Counted from the first letter of the whole stretch, positions 24,345-33,266 are shown. The stretch is DNA of 62,190 bases, filler included, from 17 parts of 17 records of this genome joined end to end with filler, not necessarily neighbours in it; one strand, 5' to 3'. Notes: generated by a model not told the origin, from the sequence alone. A program made the numbers and translations.

Positions 24345-24539
24345 NNNNNNNNNNNNNNNNNNNNNNNNNNNNNNNNNNNNNNNNNNNNTTAATTAATTAA
24401 NNNNNNNNNNNNNNNNNNNNNNNNNNNNNNNNNNNNNNNNNNNNGTTGCGTGTGGTATCAGAAAACCGCGTTCGAAAGACGAACGAGACAGAAACAAACA
24501 TCACCGACTCGCCGTACACACGAACACACACAAACACAC

Positions 24540-24746
24540 CTTTCGAATTCCGGGATTGCATCAACGGATGACTCGGTGAGCTTCCACACACGGAGACCCC
24601 GCTTCTCACGCACTGCATTGCCCATCACCAGTCAGATCACATCAATCCACTCTAACGTAATTGGAATTGAAAACAGACACACCTGCGAATTGCATGAGCG
24701 GTGCTGTCTGTGACGGCCTTGAAGGGGCTGTGGTGGTATCAGTCAT
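24540..24746 (-). CDS. Eukaryotic spliced gene, 5' fragment, gelsolin/villin-like
   Basis: Exons 24746-24683 and 24612-24540 with a GT-AG intron 24682-24613 (70 nt) and the next donor GTGTGT at 24539. Product MTDTTTAPSRPSQTAPLMQFAVREKRGLRVWKLTESSVDAIPEFE resembles the gelsolin domain-1 start (GL.IW.I....L..VP). Confidence 0.5.
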
Positions 24747-25030
24747 GCTTTCACACACACAGTGGTGTTGCTCTGCGTGCTCGCAAACGGAGCGGACAAG
24801 GGTACACGACAAAGGCTGTGTGCGCGTGAAAATGTGTCCACGCACGTGGAATGGATCGTGATGACGGTGATGACGGATCTAAGATCTATGCAGATTTTTG
24901 GTTCGATTTTTTCCACGGCGCGGTTCACGGTTTTTGGTTGAATATCGCCCTGAGTTTATAGTTGGTGGTGTTAGCTGCGGTCCTTGTTCGTTCTTCTCTT
25001 TCGCTCCGGGTGCTCCTCTGTTTTGCGGCC

Positions 25031-26643
25031 ATGCAAACACGAGTAGAGCTGATTAATGCCTGCCTGAAGGGCGATGTTTCTGCCGGGGATGAGAATGATC
25101 AAATGTTTATCAAGCAGGTGATGTATGGACTCGAACGATATGAGAAATTGATCAAGGTTCGTGGTTCGGATTCGTTGATTGACTCAGCGTCGTTGTTTAC
25201 GCTTCTCTCCGATTCTGTACAGGTTGTGACGTCGGCTCTCTTCCACAAACACGGTGGGGAGTGCAATCGTGAGGATACTGGTTTGTACAAAGTGCTAATT
25301 TATCTAGCCCTCATTCGGATCGATGAGTTGACGTGGGCTGAGTTCCGACGGTTTGTGGACTCCTATGATGAAATCAAAATGGTACGCCGGAGTTTTGGTA
25401 CTCTTCGTCTCCGCGCCCTGCAGTTGTGCGTGTGTGTTTGTGCGTTAGTGTGGGCTGGTGTTTGCGTTTCCTGTTATTTATTCGTGTATGTGTGTGTGTG
25501 TTTGTGTAGGTTCCTCTGCTTGCGTTTCTGTACGATATGCAGAGCGTAGACCGGTGGCTGCGGGACGGGTGGATGAAACTGTACGACAAATATTCGTTGT
25601 TGATGTTGCTGCCGTTGCTGCGGTTGCTGCGGTTGTTGCTGCCGTTGCTGCGGTTGTTGATTGTGGTGCATGATGTGTGTGTCCGTTGTGTTGTTGTCGT
25701 TGTTGTGGTTGTTGTAGCAACACTTTCTGTAATTGTAATTGTTGTTGTTCTTGTTGTTGTGTTTGTGTGCCTATGTCTTTGTGTGGCAGGACTGCTTGTA
25801 AGCTTGTTATGTTGTGCTTGTGTGTGCCCCTGTTGTACACATTCGACATGGGTAGCACTCCGCTGGTTCTTTCCGTTCTTTCTGCGTACATGTGGCCGGG
25901 TGTTTTTCTGTGTTCGTGTGTCTCTGTTTGTGTTCTCCTGCTGATGTCGTCCGTGTCTCTCTCTCTCCGTTGTGTGTGCGTGTGTCTGTATAGATACGAC
26001 GTGCAGTATGTCAATGATGTGTTGATTGGAAATATTCAAAAGTATATGGACCAGGCCACGGCCCTCTTGCAACTGCTACGGGAACGGCTGTCAGGTATGT
26101 GTGCGCGTCTTCTTTTTCCTTTGTGTGTTGCGTTGTCTGCGTATGTGTGTGTGTCTCTGTGTGTTCTTGTTCGATGGTCGCTGCCTCTCTTATTTGTCTT
26201 TGTTCTGTCTCTGTTTTGTTTCTGTTGAACAGGCGCTCTCTCTGCGACGGTGGCAGCTGAGAAACGTGCCGCTTCGACTGTTATTGCGCCCTTTAATCTG
26301 ACTGCACCCAGACCACGGCTGCTGCCAGAACCAGAACCTATTCCTGTGCAGTTTAAGGTGTGCGAACGTGTGTGCGTTTGTTCACCTATGCTTGTGTGGT
26401 TTACTGTGCTGTACTGTGTGAACGTGTGTTGTTTAGGTGTGTCTGTGCGTATGACTGCTTTGTTGTGCTGTAGTCCATCAGTTGGTCCTCTGCTCGTCCC
26501 GTTTGTGTGTATTTTTTCCCTCATGTTTATATATCTTTGTGTGTAGGCGCGGCCCGTCCCCCCATCCACGTACACAGAGACAGACACTGTACGAGCCACC
26601 CTCGAAGCCAAGAAGGAGAGTAATAGGCGAGAAATTGCTGACA
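25031..26643 (+). CDS. Eukaryotic 6-exon gene, CFAP99-like cilia/flagella-associated protein (3' truncated)
   Basis: Exons 25031-25156, 25223-25381, 25510-25580, 25994-26094, 26233-26357 and 26547-26643. All five introns are GT-AG and phases join without stops (226 aa). Motifs YEKLIKVV, LYKVLIYLAL, WMKLYD.QYV, PFNLT.PRPR..PEPEPIP, ARPVP.STY. Confidence 0.75.
25605..25760 (+). repeat. Intronic micro/minisatellite (GTTGCTGCS 9-mers, then imperfect GTT repeats)
   Basis: GTTGCTGCC/GTTGCTGCG units at 25605-25652, then (GTT)n tracts, all inside intron 3 (25581-25993). Confidence 0.8.
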
Positions 26644-27211
26644 NNNNNNNNNNNNNNNNNNNNNNNNNNNNNNNNNNNNNNNNNNNNTTAATTAATTAAN
26701 NNNNNNNNNNNNNNNNNNNNNNNNNNNNNNNNNNNNNNNNNNNGGGTGGGTTTCAGCGGTGTGGCCGTGCGGTGTACCAAGCTGTGTGTGGCGGCGAAAG
26801 CGTGTGGATGCGTTGTGTGTTAGTGATGGAGTATTGATTTTGCGAGTGTGAGTGTGAGTACGGGGTGTGTGTCCTTTTATTATGTATGCATGTGTGTATG
26901 TGCTTCCACCGAAGGTATTTTGTGTCTCGATACACGATCGGCGTTCACATATGAGTGGGAGATCCCGGCTTGAAACAGGTGTCCACACACAATGTCGAGC
27001 TTGCTTTGTAGGCGGCGGCAGCGATGCCACAGCACCAGCATGTTGCGACGGATGCGCCCGCAGTGGGCAGCAACCACGCCCCAGCGCATACAAGGAGTGG
27101 CATACTGGCAGCACACAGACGAGTCCGTACGATGCCCCTCACGAACGACGCCCACATTCCTGCAAGGCCGGGTTCTGCATACGTCTGTAGAAGTCGCACA
27201 CGGCGGACAAA

Positions 27212-27592
27212 TTAGCTGGAATCTTTGCCGTGCTCTGCTTCCCACTTCTTTTTGAGCGCACGAACATGCTCTTTCCACCTCTCCAAACTGCGCTCATACA
27301 TATCCATGACGCACGACTCGCACCCTCCTACCCACACACAGTGAATACAGTGAATGGGGGCTCGAAATATTTCGAACGTTAGCGTACCACCACAACAGTC
27401 ACCGTCTGCCGGCTGCTGCGGTTTCTTACGAGCATCTTTCTGAATGATAAAGAAGTCGTGTCAAAGCGATATGCAAATGAGCATCGTGTGACGTACCATA
27501 TACGGCGCATTCTCATCAAATTCTTCTTCTTCCTCTTTCTTCTCGGCGAGGAACTCCGCCAGAGACTGGCGCGGCGGTGCACGTTCGCCCAT
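27212..27592 (-). CDS. Eukaryotic 3-exon gene, 87-aa Oxidoreductase-like domain (PF09791/OXLD1-type) protein, complete
   Basis: Exons 27592-27497, 27439-27388 and 27327-27212; GTACG...AG introns of 57 and 60 nt. Product MGERAPPRQSLAEFLAEKKEEEEEFDENAPYMKDARKKPQQPADGDCCGGGCESCVMDMYERSLERWKEHVRALKKKWEAEHGKDSS*. Confidence 0.8.
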
Positions 27593-27874
27593 GCTTCTCA
27601 GTACAAATCGGTCGGCAGAATACAACGGCGACCAAATCTTTCAACAAGCGTTCTAGATTGCTGATTCTTACAAACAAAGGTACCCCTGTTTGTTCATGCT
27701 TCAATGGCAGCAAGAAGGGTCTATGACCCGCGGAGTTTGTTCCGTTGGAGCCGTCTTTTCGCGAAACGAACCGGCACCAGCTTTCGTCAATCGACGAGCT
27801 TGATGCTTCCGTGCTTCTACTCACAGCACCGAAGTGTTACTCTTATTCTCCATATCTTAACAGAAGGAAAGTGA

Positions 27875-28301
27875 ATGGAAGAGAACAGAAAGCAAGCAAA
27901 GAGGGACGCTCAGGGTCTGCCTCAGACTCATCCCGAATCAGTACCCGTGAAAGTACCGCAGGAACCGCATGGGACACTATCTAGTGGCCCTGCACCAAAC
28001 CTAGATCCTGCTAGCGGTGAGCAGCTATTTCCTTTCGAAGATCGATGGAAAGGCGTGAAAGATGCTCCTCATCACCCAGGTAATTCTTCACCGGTTTCCT
28101 CGAAATTTAATGGTGCGCTGATGTGTGGCAGGGTCCGAACGACCGCACGTCATGGGAGAGATGGGTCACGCACACTCGGGCGATCTGCCGAAGGGCATTG
28201 CAGTGCCCCCGCCTGCCGGATCGCAATGGCAGCAGCAGCAACAAGGAGGGACGGGCCATCAGCAAACTGGGACCAATACGAACTGGTTCCAGCAACAGTG
28301 A
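27875..28301 (+). CDS. Putative eukaryotic 2-exon gene, 124-aa hydrophilic Q/P/G/H-rich protein of unknown function
   Basis: Exons 27875-28079 and 28132-28301 with intron GTAATT...GCTGATGTGTGGCAG (52 nt); ends ...PPPAGSQWQQQQQGGTGHQQTGTNTNWFQQQ*. The 5' end is uncertain. Confidence 0.5.
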
Positions 28302-28610
28302 GGAGCGGTACAGTTGACCCACCCTTGATGAACGAACTACGACGTTGCGGGTCGAGATGGTGTTATACAGCATTGCAAGTTCAAGTTCTATTCATTCACG
28401 TTATCAGGTCCGATTTCCCAGATCTAGACTCTCATCTGTGGACTCATCGGTGCCGTGCACAATCGCACACCAAGCGTGCAGCGGCATTTGAACATTATCG
28501 GCATACAGGTGATACAGCACACATAATGAAGCAGCAAAGAGAAACACGCAGCAGCGAACAGATCCACAGTAGCAAGCTTCGACCTTCGACCAACATGAAA
28601 ACTCAGTTCA

Positions 28611-28787
28611 TTAATCACGGTCGTCCTGCTCCTTCTTTGACCGCTCCGGCTCCTTTGCCCACGGCGCCTTCTCGTATGTGAGTCTTCCCCTTGCCACCGG
28701 ATGCGCTGTTGACGGAAGCGGAATCTGTGAATTGGATCTTGAAGCAGAAACTCGCTTATGCTCAGCAATCTTCTCCATAAGCTCTTC
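28611..28787 (-). CDS. Possible last exon of another eukaryotic gene (5' cut by spacer)
   Basis: Open frame EELMEKIAEHKRVSASRSNSQIPLPSTAHPVARGRLTYEKAPWAKEPERSKKEQDDRD* followed by T/G-rich 3'-UTR-like sequence. Confidence 0.4.
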   Translation of the reverse strand, partial: EELMEKIAEHKRVSASRSNSQIPLPSTAHPVARGRLTYEKAPWAKEPERSKKEQDDRD

Positions 28788-28996
28788 CNNNNNNNNNNNN
28801 NNNNNNNNNNNNNNNNNNNNNNNNNNNNNNNNTTAATTAATTAANNNNNNNNNNNNNNNNNNNNNNNNNNNNNNNNNNNNNNNNNNNNTAGTGTGTTCCT
28901 CTGCTCCCGGCAATGCACCGAAATCGCATTGCGCCATTGATGTAATTATCGCAGCCTTACCGGAGAAAAACAGCGGAACGGCGATGGTTTAGAAAT

Positions 28997-29031
28997 AAAA
29001 AAATGCCCGGGAATCTCATTCACCGGGCATT
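28997..29031 (-). terminator. Rho-independent terminator of acnB
   Basis: Minus strand AATGCCCGG-loop-CCGGGCATT followed by a T run. Confidence 0.8.
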
Positions 29032-29064
29032 GTGTCGTTTATGCGCAGCGCGTGCGCTGACTTT

Positions 29065-31662
29065 TTAAACCGCAGTCTGGAAAATCACCCCATCGGCTTT
29101 CTCGGTGTACTGAGAAAGCTGGTTGAAGTTCAGATAACGGTAAGTATCAACGGCTGTTTTATCTACCTGCGCCACGTAGGTCTGGTACTCTTCCGGCGTC
29201 GGCAGTTTGCCAATCAGCGCCGCAACAGCCGCCAGTTCCGCAGAAGCCAGGAAGACATTCGCGCCAGTACCCAGACGGTTCGGGAAGTTACGGGTAGAGG
29301 TGGAAACCACCGTTGCACCGTCCGCCACACGCGCCTGGTTACCCATACACAGGGAACAGCCAGGGATCTCGATACGCGCACCACTCTTACCGAAGACGCT
29401 GTAGTAGCCTTCTTCGGTCAACTGTGCGGCGTCCATACGGGTTGGCGGTGCCACCCACAGGCGGGTCGGCAACTGACCTTTATGCGCATCCAGCAGTTTA
29501 CCCGCAGCACGGAAGTGACCGATGTTGGTCATGCAGGAACCGATAAACACTTCGTCGATCTTCTCACCCTGTACCGCAGACAGCGGACGCGCGTCATCCG
29601 GGTCGTTCGGAGCACACAGGATTGGCTCTTTAATATCCGCCAGATCGATGTCGATCACTGCCGCGTATTCCGCATCTGCATCGGCTTCCAGCAGCTCAGG
29701 ATTCGCCAGCCATTTTTCCATGCCCTGAATACGACGTTCCAGGGTACGACGATCGCCGTAACCTTCCGCGATCATCCACTTCAGCAGGACGATGTTAGAG
29801 TTCAGGTATTCGATGATCGGTTCTTTGTTCAGCTTGATGGTACAACCAGCGGCAGAACGCTCGGCGGACGCATCGGTTAGCTCAAAGGCCTGCTCAACTT
29901 TCAGATCCGGCAGACCTTCAATTTCCAGGATGCGGCCAGAGAAGATGTTTTTCTTGCCTTTCTTCTCAACGGTCAGCAGACCTTGTTTGATCGCATACAG
30001 CGGAATAGCGTGTACCAGATCGCGCAGGGTGATGCCCGGCTGCATTTTGCCTTTGAAGCGCACCAGAACGGATTCCGGCATATCAAGCGGCATTACGCCA
30101 GTTGCGGCAGCAAACGCCACCAGACCAGAACCCGCCGGGAAAGAGATACCGATCGGGAAACGGGTATGGGAGTCACCACCGGTACCGACGGTATCCGGCA
30201 GCAGCATACGGTTCAGCCAGGAGTGAATGACGCCGTCACCCGGACGCAGCGACACACCGCCACGGTTCATAATGAAGTCCGGCAGCGTGTGGTGCGTGTT
30301 CACGTCAACTGGCTTCGGATACGCCGCGGTGTGGCAGAAAGACTGCATCACCAGGTCAGCCGAGAAGCCCAGGCACGCCAGGTCTTTCAGTTCATCACGG
30401 GTCATCGGGCCGGTGGTGTCCTGGGAACCTACAGAAGTCATTTTCGGTTCACAGTACGCGCCCGGACGAATGCCTTTCACGCCACAGGCACGGCCTACCA
30501 TTTTTTGCGCCAGCGAGAAGCCGCGATCGCTCTCAGCGACATCTTTCGCCTGACGGAACACATCACTGTGCGGCAGACCAAGTGCTTCACGCGCTTTGGT
30601 GGTCAGGCCACGCCCGATAATCAGCGGAATACGGCCACCAGCACGCACTTCATCAATCAGCACGTCGGTTTTCAGTTCGAAGGTCGCCAGCAGTTCGCCG
30701 GTTTCGTGGTTACGCACTTCACCTTTGTACGGGTAAACGTCAATCACGTCGCCCATGTTCAGGTTAGAGACGTCGACTTCGATTGGCAGTGCACCCGCGT
30801 CTTCCATCGTGTTAAAGAAGATGGGTGCAATTTTACCGCCGAGGCACAAACCACCGCCGCGTTTGTTCGGCACATGTGGAATATCATCGCCCATAAACCA
30901 CAGAACGGAGTTAGTGGCGGATTTACGCGAAGAACCCGTACCCACAACGTCACCGACGTACGCCAGCGGGAAACCTTTCTGTTGCAGAGCTTCGATTTGC
31001 TTGATCGGACCAACAACACCAGGCTGGTCTGGCTCAATACCTTCACGGGCGTTTTTCAGCATCGCCAGCGCGTGCAGTGGGATATCCGGGCGTGACCACG
31101 CATCCGGTGCCGGAGAAAGGTCATCGGTGTTAGTTTCGCCAGTGACTTTGAAGACAGTAACGGTCAGTTTTTCAGCCAGCGCCGGGCGATTCAGGAACCA
31201 TTCGGCATCCGCCCAGGACTGCATAACCTGCTTCGCATATTCGTTGCCTGCTTTCGCTTTCTCTTCTACGTCATAGAAGTTATCGAACATCAGCAGCGTG
31301 TGAGAAAGTGCTTTGGCAGCAATAGGTGCCAGTTTGGCATCATCCAGCGCGTCGATCAGCGGATGAATGTTGTAACCACCCTGCATGGTGCCCAGCAGTT
31401 CGATGGCTTTTTCCGGAGTCAGCAGAGGGGATTTGGCTTCGCCTTTCGCGATAGCAGCCAGGAAGCCTGCTTTGACATAGGCGGCTTCATCGACGCCTGG
31501 GGGAACACGGTTGGTTAACAGATCTAACAGGAATTCTTCTTCGCCCGCGGGCGGGTTTTTCAGCAGCTCTACAAGTGCGGCCATTTGGTTTGCATCCAGG
31601 GGTTTGGGCGCAATCCCCTCAGCGGCACGCTCAGCTACGTGCTTACGGTATTCTTCTAGCAC
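29065..31662 (-). CDS. acnB: Aconitate hydratase B
   Basis: GTG start at 31662 ([16 protein letters not shown]) gives 865 aa; IGSCMTN and [10 protein letters not shown] Fe-S ligands. The ORF-track start at 31815 is too far upstream. Confidence 0.97.
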   Translation of the reverse strand: MLEEYRKHVAERAAEGIAPKPLDANQMAALVELLKNPPAGEEEFLLDLLTNRVPPGVDEAAYVKAGFLAAIAKGEAKSPLLTPEKAIELLGTMQGGYNIHPLIDALDDAKLAPIAAKALSHTLLMFDNFYDVEEKAKAGNEYAKQVMQSWADAEWFLNRPALAEKLTVTVFKVTGETNTDDLSPAPDAWSRPDIPLHALAMLKNAREGIEPDQPGVVGPIKQIEALQQKGFPLAYVGDVVGTGSSRKSATNSVLWFMGDDIPHVPNKRGGGLCLGGKIAPIFFNTMEDAGALPIEVDVSNLNMGDVIDVYPYKGEVRNHETGELLATFELKTDVLIDEVRAGGRIPLIIGRGLTTKAREALGLPHSDVFRQAKDVAESDRGFSLAQKMVGRACGVKGIRPGAYCEPKMTSVGSQDTTGPMTRDELKDLACLGFSADLVMQSFCHTAAYPKPVDVNTHHTLPDFIMNRGGVSLRPGDGVIHSWLNRMLLPDTVGTGGDSHTRFPIGISFPAGSGLVAFAAATGVMPLDMPESVLVRFKGKMQPGITLRDLVHAIPLYAIKQGLLTVEKKGKKNIFSGRILEIEGLPDLKVEQAFELTDASAERSAAGCTIKLNKEPIIEYLNSNIVLLKWMIAEGYGDRRTLERRIQGMEKWLANPELLEADADAEYAAVIDIDLADIKEPILCAPNDPDDARPLSAVQGEKIDEVFIGSCMTNIGHFRAAGKLLDAHKGQLPTRLWVAPPTRMDAAQLTEEGYYSVFGKSGARIEIPGCSLCMGNQARVADGATVVSTSTRNFPNRLGTGANVFLASAELAAVAALIGKLPTPEEYQTYVAQVDKTAVDTYRYLNFNQLSQYTEKADGVIFQTAV

Positions 31663-31824
31663 GACGGTTCTCCTCGCTCTCATTGTCATAGTGCGGCAGG
31701 CGATTCTCTTCACGCTCCTGTGAGACAGCAGTTTGTAGGGTAAATGCCCAGTACCGCAACGGGCAGAATAGCAGGATTTTGACGAGGTGTTAATCTGTTT
31801 ACAAAAAAGCAACATAAAAAAGTG

Positions 31825-31838
31825 GCTGAATCGTTAAG
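31825..31838. promoter_or_regulatory. Cra site in the acnB upstream region
   Basis: GCTGAATCGTTAAG matches the Cra consensus. Confidence 0.6.
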
Positions 31839-32016
31839 GATGGTCTAGAGATTGTTTCCCTCCGTAAAAACTTCGTTAATTCGCATGGTGATAATCACCT
31901 TTCTCAACGAATCCCAAGATTAGTCAAAATTTAAACTACCGCCTCTTTATACTCGGATTCACAGCACCTGCGGGTGGCAGTTCGCCGACCATTGCGATTT
32001 CCTTGAGATCCGAATT

Positions 32017-32190
32017 ATGAAAATGACTTTGCCGTTTAAACCCCATGTGCTGGCGCTAATTTGCAGTGCCGGGCTTTGTGCCGCCTCTACCGGGCTATAT
32101 ATAAAAAGCCGCACAGTGGAAGCGCCTGTGGAACCGCAATCGACACAACTGGCTGTGTCTGACGCTGCCGCGGTTACGTTTCCTGCAACG
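32017..32190 (+). CDS. yacH: YacH (3' truncated)
   Basis: MKMTLPFKPHVLALICSAGLC; divergent from acnB. Confidence 0.85.
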
Positions 32191-32336
32191 NNNNNNNNNN
32201 NNNNNNNNNNNNNNNNNNNNNNNNNNNNNNNNNNTTAATTAATTAANNNNNNNNNNNNNNNNNNNNNNNNNNNNNNNNNNNNNNNNNNNNGGAACCCGTT
32301 GGCACAGGTTTGTACAACGTAACAGTACAATATGAA

Positions 32337-33266
32337 TTACTTCTCTTTCCCGCGCCCGTGCATCTCCTGAAACAATTTACCGACCTCAACAAAATAATCC
32401 GTCAGCGAGTTGATCACGACCTGTACCTTCAGCGGCAGCTTATCTTTTTCGGTATATAACGCATAAACCGGGCGTGGATCTGACTGGTAACGCGGCAGCA
32501 GGATCTCCAGCTCCCCACGATTGATCTCGTTGATCACCCACATCAGCGGCACGTAGGCGATCCCGGCACCCGCCGTCAGCCAGCGCACCAGCGTCATCGG
32601 ATCATTAGTCACAAATCTTCCTTGTGGGATCAGGCGAGTCGAGATCCCTTCCGGTGCGATCAGTTCAAATTCATTGTCGGGCCGCACGCTGTATTCAAGC
32701 CATGAATGACTACTCAAATCGGCGGGTTTTTCCGGTATGCCGTATTGTGTGAGATAGCTTTTCGCGGCGCACACCACCATTGGCATCGCGCCCAGACGGC
32801 GGGAAAACAGGCTGGAATCCTGCAACGCGCCGACGCGGATCACCACATCCAGACCGTCGGCAATCAGGTCGGGGGCTGGAATTCCGGTAACCAGATTGAC
32901 GCTCAAACCTGGGTATTCTTTCAGCATTTTGGCTGTCAGCCCGGCGAGAACATTTTGTGCCATAGTTGAAGAACAGCCAATGCGTAGCGTCCCGATGGGG
33001 GTGTTATTGAAGGCATACAGTTGCTCATGAACATCCTGCACTTCATGAAGCATACGACGGCAGCCCTGGTAGTAAATTCTACCGGCTTCGGTCAGGCCAA
33101 TGCTGCGTGTGCTACGGTTTAACAGCTTTACCTGCAACTCATCTTCCAGTTTTGATACCGTCTGACTGATGGACGAAACGCTCATCTGTAGCTGTCTGGC
33201 GGCGGCGGTAAAAGAGCCAAATTCAACTACTTTGGCAAACACCGACATGCGTTTTAGTCGTTCCAT
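32337..33266 (-). CDS. aaeR: LysR-family regulator AaeR
   Basis: 309 aa LysR HTH; divergent from aaeXAB. Confidence 0.96.
   Translation of the reverse strand: MERLKRMSVFAKVVEFGSFTAAARQLQMSVSSISQTVSKLEDELQVKLLNRSTRSIGLTEAGRIYYQGCRRMLHEVQDVHEQLYAFNNTPIGTLRIGCSSTMAQNVLAGLTAKMLKEYPGLSVNLVTGIPAPDLIADGLDVVIRVGALQDSSLFSRRLGAMPMVVCAAKSYLTQYGIPEKPADLSSHSWLEYSVRPDNEFELIAPEGISTRLIPQGRFVTNDPMTLVRWLTAGAGIAYVPLMWVINEINRGELEILLPRYQSDPRPVYALYTEKDKLPLKVQVVINSLTDYFVEVGKLFQEMHGRGKEK

Noticed and set aside
25374-26611. Cys/Val-rich and Thr/His/Gln-rich ORFs (e.g. 25677-26228, 25374-26072, 25474-25671) as metallothionein-like or mucin-like proteins
   Set aside because: They are translations of TG/GTT intronic microsatellites in the CFAP99-like gene and its antisense strand.
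27872-27874. In-frame TGA as selenocysteine, given selAB in the window
   Set aside because: selAB lie on an unrelated E. coli contig; there is no recognisable SECIS or redox-motif context.
27875-28681. 268-aa unspliced ORF
   Set aside because: Composition becomes non-protein-like after a GT donor at 28080, and its 3' end overlaps the convergent frame; the spliced 124-aa model fits better.
24445-28788. Eukaryote-to-E. coli horizontal transfer or genomic island
   Set aside because: Both contigs are bounded by artificial spacers with no sequenced junction to bacterial DNA, and they retain spliceosomal introns.
31663-31815. N-terminal extensions in the ORF track (acnB, pnp, uacT, glnE, cadA, aaeX, rbfA, entA)
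   Set aside because: These come from longest-ORF start choice; downstream starts match the known N-termini.
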